Shown here piece after piece: positions 54,037 through 62,312 of a stretch of 64,000 nucleotides of DNA (the first letter of the stretch is position 1; each line of letters begins with the position of its first letter). The notes beneath the pieces are model-generated. The model was not told where the DNA came from. It worked only from the letters and a program-made list of their open reading frames with translations, and searched no databases. The stretch lies in the IMG/VR virus record IMGVR_UViG_3300032274_000001, positions 8,939 to 72,938 of that record. One strand, written 5' to 3'. The stretch is from a virus (lineage: Duplodnaviria; Caudoviricetes). Made by a program: the position numbers and the translations under genes.

Positions 54037-55970
54037 TGCGACAGGGAAGGCGCATCTGGGCCGGGGCGCTGGGGCTGATTGCCTTGGCGGTTGCGGCCCC
54101 GGTCTGGGGGGTAGAGACGGGCCAGGCCGGCTACCCAGACTACTACGACCCCCGGGCCTACGGGGCGGTCTGCGATGGCTCTACGGACGACCGTGCGGCC
54201 TTCCAGGCGGCTATCGACGAGGCGACGACCGCAGGCGGGACGGTCTACTGTCCGGACAACCACACGTGTGTGATCGGCGGAGTCGGGCTGGTGATGAAGG
54301 ACAACGTGCGGCTGGTCGGCACGCACTCGTGCACGCTCCAGGCGGCCACGGGGATCTCTGCGGAGATCCTGAACGGTTCGAGCCTCGCCGACATCACCGT
54401 GCAAGGGGTCAGGTTCGACATCAGCGGCGAGGACCAAGGCGCGATGGACCTGGCCGGGACGAACATGTGGGTCCTCAACAACTACGTGAGTGGCCTCGAC
54501 GCCGCTTCGGGGTCTGGCATTGCCAGCGTAGACATTGATTGCACGAGCCAGGCCAGGAAGGCGTGCATCGTTCGTGGCAACACCATCGTCGGCACGAACA
54601 CCTCGGCACGGACAGACATCGGGCTGCTCTACGAGGGTGGGGGCACGGTCAACGGCTACGCCCAAGAGATCTCCGCGAACGAGATCATTCGGACCGGTGG
54701 CGACGGGATCCAGGTGCAGGGGATTGGAACTGTCACGTCGTCTCTACGCATCCACAACAACACGATCGAAGACGGCCATGGCTACGGAATTGCGCTGACG
54801 GGGTTGACCGTCACGGATTCGGTGGCCTCGCAGTCGATCATCTCCGACAACAACATCCACACGGTGGGGACAGCCTGCATTCTGACCGAGCACTCCAACG
54901 TCACGATCGCGAACAACACGTGCCATCTCGGCCCGACCTGGGGCGTGATTGCACGCAACAGTGACGACAGCTCCAACCTGGCTGGGGTGCTGGTGCAGGA
55001 CAACTACCTCGCGGGCCTGTGGACGTGGTTCGATTCGCAGGGGCATTGCTCACCGACGAACTTGAGCGAGGTCTGCGACGTCACGGCGGATTGCTCCGAC
55101 GTCGGCGATACCTGCATCAACTACACGAAGCTGGACCACAACTCGTACGAGGGAAACGTGGCTTCGGGCGGTGTGATTTGTGAGAACTGCTCGGGGACGA
55201 CGATCAACGACAACACGCTGCTTTGCGCGATCGCCGCGACGGACAGCTCGACCGACCCTCGCGGCTGCATCGAGTTCCACAACCCCGACAGCACCGTGGA
55301 CTGGGGGAACTCGGTCGACGGCAACCAGATCAACTCGCAGCAGGCTACGGCGGCGACCGACGGGACGTGCATTCGCTTCGAGGATCCCGGTGGCGGAGGC
55401 TTCCAGGGGATCACGATTTCGGACACGCACTGCGGACGCGGCAGCAACAGCGCTGGATTCGAGGATACGCAGTATTGCGTCGATGTTCAGGACTCGCCGA
55501 GCACGTGGGATCGAGTCTCGTTCATTGGCCTCGACTGCTCGGAAGCCCAGACCGGCTCGGCTTGGAACAACGACCCGGGCGGCACCCGGATCTGCGGGTC
55601 GGAAGGCTTCGACGTGGATGCGTGCACCGATCGCCATGCGTGCCGCACCATGGAGGTCTCCACGACCGGCACCGAGTATTTCATGATGGTCGCCCCGGAT
55701 CCGATGACGATCACAGGCGTGTCGTGCGTGTGTGTCGAGGGGGGGACGTGCGGAGGGACGCTGGCTACGTTCGCCCTGGAAGACGCGGCAGACAACGCGA
55801 TGACGATCTCGGGGACGCTCACGTGCGGAACTGGGACCACTGCGGCGAATTGGAACGCAGTCACGGCGGGGAACTCGCTGGTCAAGGGTGAGACCTTCCG
55901 GACTCAGGCGACGACGACCCCCACGACTGCTGAAGAATACGCCGTGTGCGTGGAGTACGTGCTGTGGTGA
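54036..55970 (+). CDS. Pectate-lyase-like right-handed beta-helix (tailspike/depolymerase-like) with signal peptide
   Basis: YGAVCDGSTDDRAAFQAAID, repeated I..N.I rungs; N-terminus WAGALGLIALAVAAPVWG. Confidence 0.85.
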   Translation: MRQGRRIWAGALGLIALAVAAPVWGVETGQAGYPDYYDPRAYGAVCDGSTDDRAAFQAAIDEATTAGGTVYCPDNHTCVIGGVGLVMKDNVRLVGTHSCTLQAATGISAEILNGSSLADITVQGVRFDISGEDQGAMDLAGTNMWVLNNYVSGLDAASGSGIASVDIDCTSQARKACIVRGNTIVGTNTSARTDIGLLYEGGGTVNGYAQEISANEIIRTGGDGIQVQGIGTVTSSLRIHNNTIEDGHGYGIALTGLTVTDSVASQSIISDNNIHTVGTACILTEHSNVTIANNTCHLGPTWGVIARNSDDSSNLAGVLVQDNYLAGLWTWFDSQGHCSPTNLSEVCDVTADCSDVGDTCINYTKLDHNSYEGNVASGGVICENCSGTTINDNTLLCAIAATDSSTDPRGCIEFHNPDSTVDWGNSVDGNQINSQQATAATDGTCIRFEDPGGGGFQGITISDTHCGRGSNSAGFEDTQYCVDVQDSPSTWDRVSFIGLDCSEAQTGSAWNNDPGGTRICGSEGFDVDACTDRHACRTMEVSTTGTEYFMMVAPDPMTITGVSCVCVEGGTCGGTLATFALEDAADNAMTISGTLTCGTGTTAANWNAVTAGNSLVKGETFRTQATTTPTTAEEYAVCVEYVLW

Positions 55971-56878
55971 AGCTGCTCGCGTTCCTCCTGGAGAGCCTCG
56001 CGCTGGCGATGCTGCTGATGGGTGCGCTTCTGTGGGCGGACGCCAGCGGCAACTCAATCATCATCACCGCGAGCGGCGGTGCGGACCCGGCGAGCTCCGA
56101 CTGGTCTGCCGAGATCGACTACTGGTGGGACATGGAGGAGGACGGTACCGCGAATCGGGTTTCGTCCGGTGGGGCAGGGTCGCTGGACCTCGACACGGAC
56201 GGCGCATCACTCACGCGCGACGGCACGAACAAGAAGCGTGGTGACTACGCTGTGCCCGTCGCGAGTTCGGGGAGTACGAATCTGGCCGATGGGCAGGTGT
56301 TAGCGACCGACCTTTCAGGTGAAGACGACTTCACGATGGGGTGCTGGACCCGCTTCTCTGCGGACAATGCATCCACGGTGATGGGTCGGTGGGACGGCAA
56401 CGACGGTTATCGGATCAACCGCACCGGCAACCCGAAGCGGGCGCGGTGCTGGGTTGACGCGAAGAGTGACGTCTATACCGGCGCGGTTTACGCATGGAAC
56501 GAATTCGAGCACGTTGCTTGCCGCTACGACGCTTCAGCGAACGAGATCGAAGCGTTCTTGAACGGCCAGGCGACCGGTTCGGCAACTTCTCAGACGAACT
56601 TTACTTCCAGGGCTACCGAATTCGTCATCGGAGCAGACTCGAGTCGCGCGGCCAATGAGATGAACGGGCAAGTAGACGAGTGCTTTCTTCACCTGACGGC
56701 GCTCGACGACGCGGCGATTTGCAAGATCTGCTCGTGCGGTATCGACGGTTCTAAATGCTTCTGCGACGGCTCGGCCCCCACTTCCTACACCAACAAAGGG
56801 GACAGTGCGGAGTGCGGCAATTGCCTCGACGATGCCGGCGCTGCTGACTGCAACCTTTTGACTCCGGGGACGCTATGA
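55967..56878 (+). CDS. LamG/ConA-like domain protein with N-terminal hydrophobic helix and Cys-rich tail
   Basis: YWWDMEE, FTMGCW, FEHVACRYD, FLNG, GQVDE. Confidence 0.85.
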   Translation: MKLLAFLLESLALAMLLMGALLWADASGNSIIITASGGADPASSDWSAEIDYWWDMEEDGTANRVSSGGAGSLDLDTDGASLTRDGTNKKRGDYAVPVASSGSTNLADGQVLATDLSGEDDFTMGCWTRFSADNASTVMGRWDGNDGYRINRTGNPKRARCWVDAKSDVYTGAVYAWNEFEHVACRYDASANEIEAFLNGQATGSATSQTNFTSRATEFVIGADSSRAANEMNGQVDECFLHLTALDDAAICKICSCGIDGSKCFCDGSAPTSYTNKGDSAECGNCLDDAGAADCNLLTPGTL

Positions 56879-57861
56879 GCGAATCGCAAGCAGAGATCGG
56901 CGCCGGGGCTACGGGCCGGTGGTCGGGGTATCTGAAGAAGGACGACGGCACGCGCATCGGTGCGGGGAATGTCACCGCCATGACGGCGACCCACATCAAC
57001 GCCGCGACTGGCACCGCGCTCAACTCCCGTAGCGACCAGAACATCCTCGGGGCAGGCGCCGGGGCCAACGACTTCGACCTCACCGACACCAGTGTGAACA
57101 TCGACGGCACGTCCACCGATGTCACCATCCTGGGCTGGCACATCCAGGCCGCGGACTCAGAGCTGGAGGTCACGAGCCCGGACGTTGACGGCGAGTCGCA
57201 CCCTTGCCTGATGAAGGTCACGTACACAGACGGCCTGGAGACGAAAGTCTTGGAGCACACGCATCGCCTGGAGTGCGTGGATACGCTGGGGCTGTGCACG
57301 TACGCGGACGTGGCTGCGATCATCAAGGGTGCGGACCAGGACGAGCACAAGATGCTCATCGAGTCGTGGATCCGGATGGTGTCGCGGCGGGTTGAGCGCA
57401 AGACGGGCCGGAAGCTCCGCAAGGCGACGACGAACACCACGCAGGTGCTGAGCCCTCAGATGTACGCCACGCACTTGGACCTGGACCGGTACCCGATCGA
57501 TGCGATCGACTCGATCAAAGAGGACATCGAAGGCGATTTCGCTGGCGCGACGTCGGTGGACACGGGGGCCTACTACGCGAACAGCCGTCTGGGGCGCGTA
57601 GAGTTCCGCCGTAGGGCTGTCTTGGCCGGCAGGGGTAGTGTGCAGGTCACCTACACGGGCGGCCTGTACAGGGAGACTGGGGCCGTTCCCGCCGACCTTC
57701 GGTTCGCGGTAGCGCGACAGGTGGCGTTCATGGTCCAGCGCAAGGACATGCTGGGTGCGTCGTCGGTGTCCCTGGGTGGCGAGTCGGTCGGGAATATCGA
57801 GGTCGACATGCTGCCCGAGCTGAAGGAGCAAATCGGTCTCCTGAAGCGGGTACGGATCTGA
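56875..57861 (+). CDS. Head-tail connector (gp6-like) with N-terminal extension
   Basis: LCTYADVAA...VERKTGR, VQVTYTGG, VPADLRFAV. Confidence 0.8.
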   Translation: MSESQAEIGAGATGRWSGYLKKDDGTRIGAGNVTAMTATHINAATGTALNSRSDQNILGAGAGANDFDLTDTSVNIDGTSTDVTILGWHIQAADSELEVTSPDVDGESHPCLMKVTYTDGLETKVLEHTHRLECVDTLGLCTYADVAAIIKGADQDEHKMLIESWIRMVSRRVERKTGRKLRKATTNTTQVLSPQMYATHLDLDRYPIDAIDSIKEDIEGDFAGATSVDTGAYYANSRLGRVEFRRRAVLAGRGSVQVTYTGGLYRETGAVPADLRFAVARQVAFMVQRKDMLGASSVSLGGESVGNIEVDMLPELKEQIGLLKRVRI

Positions 57862-57871
57862 GGCAAGGGCG

Positions 57872-58378
57872 GTGCCCCGTACGGTAGCGGACGGCACGTT
57901 CAAGCTGACCTTCTCGGACAAGCTCAAGCTGTTCCTCGATGGTGGGAAGCTGTGGGATTCCATCCTGAAGGACGCGGCTCAGCAGGTCGGCCAGGTGCTG
58001 AACCAGGACTTGGTGGAGTCGTTTGAGGCCAAGCGTGCGACGGAGCCCACGGGAGCGACCCGCAGGGGGGCCACGTTCAGCGTCCAGAAGTCTCCCACGG
58101 GGTACGTGGTGCGGGTGGGTTGGCTGGCTGGCGCGAGTGGTGTGCCGAACCCGTCGTACATCCGGCAGCTCAACTACGGCGGCCCGATCCCCAAGCACGG
58201 CGGCCCGATGCCGAAGGGCAAGTTCCTGGTGTTCGAGATCAACGGCAAGACGGTCTTTGCGAAGAAGGTGAATCAGAAGGGCCTGCACTTTATCGAGCCA
58301 GTAGAGCAGTCGGCGCCCGCCAGGGCTGCCGAGGAGTTGGACCGCGGTATCCAGCGTGGGATAGAGCGACTCAGGTAG
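57872..58378 (+). CDS. Tail completion/neck protein
   Basis: YIRQLNYGG.I.P...FLVF...FAKKV; position. Confidence 0.7.
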   Translation: MPRTVADGTFKLTFSDKLKLFLDGGKLWDSILKDAAQQVGQVLNQDLVESFEAKRATEPTGATRRGATFSVQKSPTGYVVRVGWLAGASGVPNPSYIRQLNYGGPIPKHGGPMPKGKFLVFEINGKTVFAKKVNQKGLHFIEPVEQSAPARAAEELDRGIQRGIERLR

Positions 58379-58388
58379 GGGACCAGCG

Positions 58389-58892
58389 ATGCCGAATCCG
58401 ATTGAGCAGACGATCCTCGAGGACATCAAGCAACGCCTCGGGTACATCACCGCCGCCAATGGCTACTGGAACAACGTCGGCTCGGGCCGCGTGCACATGA
58501 AGCAAGTAGAGGTGACGTCGTCGGTGGCGCCGTGTGTGATGGTGGTGCCCCAGCTGACCGAGGAGCTGGAGGCGGGGGAGTCGTCGGAGGCGTGCTTCGG
58601 TGAGACGGCGATCCGGACCAGCTTGATGATTGGGTACGTGGTCAAGGGCCAGGACGACGACCCGACGAAGAAGGTATCGCGGATGATCTCGGACATCATT
58701 CGGGCATTGCCCCACGAGCCGACGGTGACGGTGACCAAGGTGGGGGACACGACGACGACGGGGATGTATCGGTTGCTTCGCAAGGGCCGAGCGCGGAATG
58801 TGACGGAGGCGGTGCCGGGCGTGTACCACGGGCAGGTGAACTACGTGATTGAGTACTCGCACACCGTCGAGGACGACCGGTACGTGCTGTGA
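58389..58892 (+). CDS. Tail terminator-like protein
   Basis: I...L..IT.ANGY, MISDIIRAL; position before the tube. Confidence 0.7.
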   Translation: MPNPIEQTILEDIKQRLGYITAANGYWNNVGSGRVHMKQVEVTSSVAPCVMVVPQLTEELEAGESSEACFGETAIRTSLMIGYVVKGQDDDPTKKVSRMISDIIRALPHEPTVTVTKVGDTTTTGMYRLLRKGRARNVTEAVPGVYHGQVNYVIEYSHTVEDDRYVL

Positions 58893-58947
58893 CGTGGCTG
58901 GTGCATCGGATTGCGAAGGAGGTATGCCGGGAAGCCCCTAGCTCGGA

Positions 58948-60003
58948 GTGGTCTTGGCCCTAGAGTTTTCGTGGGAGCGCCGGGCCTCTGGCCGAGAGGT
59001 TGGAAACTTCCTCGGATACGGCTCGGCCACCGAGGCCATGCGCGAGGCCCTGAGGGCCGCTGGGGGCGTCGAGTCCCCCGAGGCTAGGGTAAGGGTCCAC
59101 TTCTGCTTCCCGGAGGCATACAGCCCCGTTGCGGGCCGCAGAAACGTGCTCTTCACCATGTTCGAGAACCCCAGCGATACCCGGGCCCGGGACGAGATAT
59201 TCAAACCCGCCCTGGACGCCTCGGATCTGGTGGTCACGCCGTCTCGGTTCTGCGCCGAGATGTTCCGGGAGTGGACAGATACCCCGGTGGAGGTCTGCCC
59301 GCTGGGCATCGACCCCGACCGGTTCCCGTACCGGCGACGGCGGTGGAAGCCCCGCACGGGGGAGCCATTCCGGTGGTTGTACCTGGGGGCCCCGAACCAC
59401 CGGAAGTTCACCATTCTGTGGCAGCTCTGGACGGTACAGCGCCGGGCTTGGGGGCCCGGTGTGGAGATCTACCTCAAGCACACCGGCTTGGACTTCCAGT
59501 CCGTGGGCACCCGGGAGGCCATCCAGGGGTTCGACGTCGAGTGGACCCCAGATGGCGAGATCCTACGGGCCCCGGGGGTGACGATCGACAACCGGAAGGT
59601 CGATCACGCCGAGCTCCTGCGGATCTACTACTCCGCGCACGCCTTCGCGTTCCTGCACTGTGGCGAGGGTTGGGGACTATCGGGGCAAGAGGCCATGGCC
59701 ACTGGGCTCCCCGTGCTGGTCTCGGACTACTCGGGGACTCAGGAGTACGCCACCAAGAACACGGCTTATCTGGTGGAGTGCGAGCACCGCAGGGTCGAGC
59801 TCAACGGGACGCCCGACGATCCAGACCCGCCCCCGTACGAGGGCCCTTGGCCGGTGGTTGGGTCGGCGGTGGACCAGGCTGCGGAGATCCAGGGCGACTA
59901 CCGCCGGGCTACCAAGATTGCGAAGGCTGGTGCTGAGGTGGCCAAGGCGCTATCTTGGCGCGCAGCAGGAAAGCGGCTGTACCAGCTTCTCAGTCGTTTG
60001 TAG
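58948..60003 (+). CDS. Glycosyltransferase family 4 (second paralogue)
   Basis: FTMFE, VVTPS, PFRWLYLGAPN, GEGWGLSGQEAMATGLP. Confidence 0.88.
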   Translation: MVLALEFSWERRASGREVGNFLGYGSATEAMREALRAAGGVESPEARVRVHFCFPEAYSPVAGRRNVLFTMFENPSDTRARDEIFKPALDASDLVVTPSRFCAEMFREWTDTPVEVCPLGIDPDRFPYRRRRWKPRTGEPFRWLYLGAPNHRKFTILWQLWTVQRRAWGPGVEIYLKHTGLDFQSVGTREAIQGFDVEWTPDGEILRAPGVTIDNRKVDHAELLRIYYSAHAFAFLHCGEGWGLSGQEAMATGLPVLVSDYSGTQEYATKNTAYLVECEHRRVELNGTPDDPDPPPYEGPWPVVGSAVDQAAEIQGDYRRATKIAKAGAEVAKALSWRAAGKRLYQLLSRL

Positions 60004-60090
60004 ACGGATGGTGAGACGGACAGGGCCCGGCGAACGCTAAACCCGCGGGGCTCCACGAAGGGCCTGGCGGAATCCTAGGAGTCCAACGCC

Positions 60091-61110
60091 ATGGCCTACG
60101 AAGCGCCCGTCATGACCCTGCAGACCTTTGTGTCTGCGAAGCGGCAGACCGACCCGATCACCGAAGCCACGCCCGTCCACGCTACCGCCCCCTCCGATGT
60201 CCTGAACATCCACACGGAGGAAAACCCGTTCCAGCTCGAGCCGAACCGGATCGAGGACAATACCCTCACGGGGTCGTTCACGTCTGAGTCGGACATCATC
60301 GGCGGCAAGATCGTCCCCGTCCGGTTCCAGCACCACCTACACGGTGTCGGCGACGCGGGCTCGAACATCGAGCCGAACTGGATTCGCGTCATCGAGTGCT
60401 GCGGGCACTCGACCGCATCGGGCAGCTCTGGCGGGTCGAGCTCGTTCGTCATGTCGCCGAAGTCGCAGCCCTCGGACGTGAACGCCCTGACGATGCGTCA
60501 GTACACGGCCAAGACGCTCGCGAAGGCCATGGGCATCTACGGCACCGCGCAGCTGGAGTACACGGCCAAGGCACTGGCAAACATGACCTTCGACGGCCGG
60601 GGCAAGTACGTCGCTGGAGCCACCGAGGACCCGTACCCGGCGACCATCGTCCGGCAGACCAAGAACAACAAGTTCGTGCAGAGCCTGGGCTTGGTCATCG
60701 GGACGTACACGCCCAAGGCGACCAGCATCCGGTTCGACCTCGGCGCGGCCCCGGCGGAGGAGGAGGACGTCAACTCCACGGAGGGCATCTACTCCTTCTA
60801 CAACAGCGGCCGGCGGCCCACGTGTGACATCCTCCTGGCCGCACCCGAGGACCAGATCGGGCTCGACATCGACGGTGCGGGCAACTCCTTCTGGGATGCC
60901 CTCGTGGATGGCGTGACGCAGAACATCTCCTGGACTCTGGGGGCTGCGTCTACGAACTGGACTCTAGCCACTTCGCTCAATGCTTGGCAGCTGGTCGGTC
61001 AGGGATGGGAGACCGTCAACGGCCGGCGCATGATTCGGACATCGTGGAAGGGCCGCAACGCTACCGCGGACGGCGAATACACGATGACGCACAAAGAGAA
61101 GCACGCCTAG
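60091..61110 (+). CDS. Major tail tube protein
   Basis: Beta-rich 339 aa, position before chaperone and TMP, no sheath. Confidence 0.78.
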   Translation: MAYEAPVMTLQTFVSAKRQTDPITEATPVHATAPSDVLNIHTEENPFQLEPNRIEDNTLTGSFTSESDIIGGKIVPVRFQHHLHGVGDAGSNIEPNWIRVIECCGHSTASGSSGGSSSFVMSPKSQPSDVNALTMRQYTAKTLAKAMGIYGTAQLEYTAKALANMTFDGRGKYVAGATEDPYPATIVRQTKNNKFVQSLGLVIGTYTPKATSIRFDLGAAPAEEEDVNSTEGIYSFYNSGRRPTCDILLAAPEDQIGLDIDGAGNSFWDALVDGVTQNISWTLGAASTNWTLATSLNAWQLVGQGWETVNGRRMIRTSWKGRNATADGEYTMTHKEKHA

Positions 61111-61176
61111 GGCGTGCGGCGAGGCGGGCAACTGGGGAGCAGTCGGGAATAGGCCCGGCGCCCCCCGGGGCCCCAT

Positions 61177-61839
61177 GTGACGGAGAAGGACCGAGAGGCA
61201 ATGAGCGAAGTGACAGATACGGCACCAGTGCTGGCCCCGGTGGTCGCATTCAAGAAGGTGAACCGCGGCGTTCGGTGGACGGAGACGTTGGTGCAGGCGG
61301 ACCCCAAGGGGCCCGCGATGAAGCTGCCAGTGAAGTGGCTCAACCAGAAGGTCGTCCAGGAGATCGTAGCGCCGAGCTTCATGCCATTCGCCAAGGAGGC
61401 GATGGGCGGGGGGGCGCAGACGGGCACCGAGGACCAGGAGGTCGATCGCTCGGTGATGCAGTTCCGGATCACGCGGCGGTGCAACCGGGACCTGACTGAG
61501 GCACTGATCGACAAGGACATGATCGAGGCAGAGCCGGGCAAAGTCGGTGCCACGATCAAGAACCTTGAAGCGCTGCTTGCGGATTCAGAGGTGGAGTTGA
61601 GCCCGCCCGAGTCCAACAACCCTGACGAGGACGAGAGAGCTCGTCAGGAGTACGAGCGGCAGCGGGCAGAGAACGAGATAGTCACACTCACCCCTCAGAT
61701 CCTTTCCGTCCTACTCGAGGAAGCCCCGGACGGGCTGTTCCAAGAGAAGATCGTGGCAACGCGAAACTCTTGGGAGAAGGCGGAAGCGAAGAAGGATGCG
61801 GAGGGAAACGGAGACTCGCCCACGTCAGCCGAAGCCTGA
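61177..61839 (+). CDS. Tail assembly chaperone (G-like)
   Basis: Between tube and TMP; slippery site near its end. Confidence 0.78.
   Translation: MTEKDREAMSEVTDTAPVLAPVVAFKKVNRGVRWTETLVQADPKGPAMKLPVKWLNQKVVQEIVAPSFMPFAKEAMGGGAQTGTEDQEVDRSVMQFRITRRCNRDLTEALIDKDMIEAEPGKVGATIKNLEALLADSEVELSPPESNNPDEDERARQEYERQRAENEIVTLTPQILSVLLEEAPDGLFQEKIVATRNSWEKAEAKKDAEGNGDSPTSAEA
61803..61809 (+). other. Programmed -1 frameshift site G GGA AAC
   Basis: XXXYYYZ heptamer in the chaperone frame; -1 frame open to 62306. Confidence 0.85.
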
Positions 61840-62306
61840 ATCGGCTAGACCGCCCGGAGACCTGCGAGGAGTGCAGGGCTCTCCGGGCGCGTCTGGGTCT
61901 TGGGGGCTGCTGGTTCGACGGCGAATGCCCCTACGACATGCTCGTGGGCGATCGGGTCATGCAGGCCAGGTACGCCTTCTGCGCGAAGGCCATGGAGCTC
62001 CACGAGGAGCGGACGGGCGACAAGGGCCAGTTCAAGACGTCGAAGTGGGTGGCCCGGCGGGACACGTTCGCCGATGCCTGCGACTACTACGACCTCAAGG
62101 AGTTGGTGCCCGTCAGGTGGCGGAGCGAGGTCAGGGACGAGCTCACCCACTGGGTGAACATCGCGGTCCGGGCCTCCAACGAAGGCAGGCAGGGCCCTGC
62201 GATGCGAGAGACGGCCGAGGAGACGGCCGAGATCGACGCGGATGCCCGGGCCAGGGCTGCAGAGAACGCACGCTTAGCGGCCGAGGCAGAGGCCACAGAG
62301 GGGTAA
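61809..62306 (+). CDS. Frameshift extension (GT-like) of the tail chaperone
   Basis: -1 frame KRRLAHVSRSLNR... to TAA 62306. Confidence 0.78.
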   Translation, partial: RRLAHVSRSLNRLDRPETCEECRALRARLGLGGCWFDGECPYDMLVGDRVMQARYAFCAKAMELHEERTGDKGQFKTSKWVARRDTFADACDYYDLKELVPVRWRSEVRDELTHWVNIAVRASNEGRQGPAMRETAEETAEIDADARARAAENARLAAEAEATEG

Positions 62307-62312
62307 TTGGCC

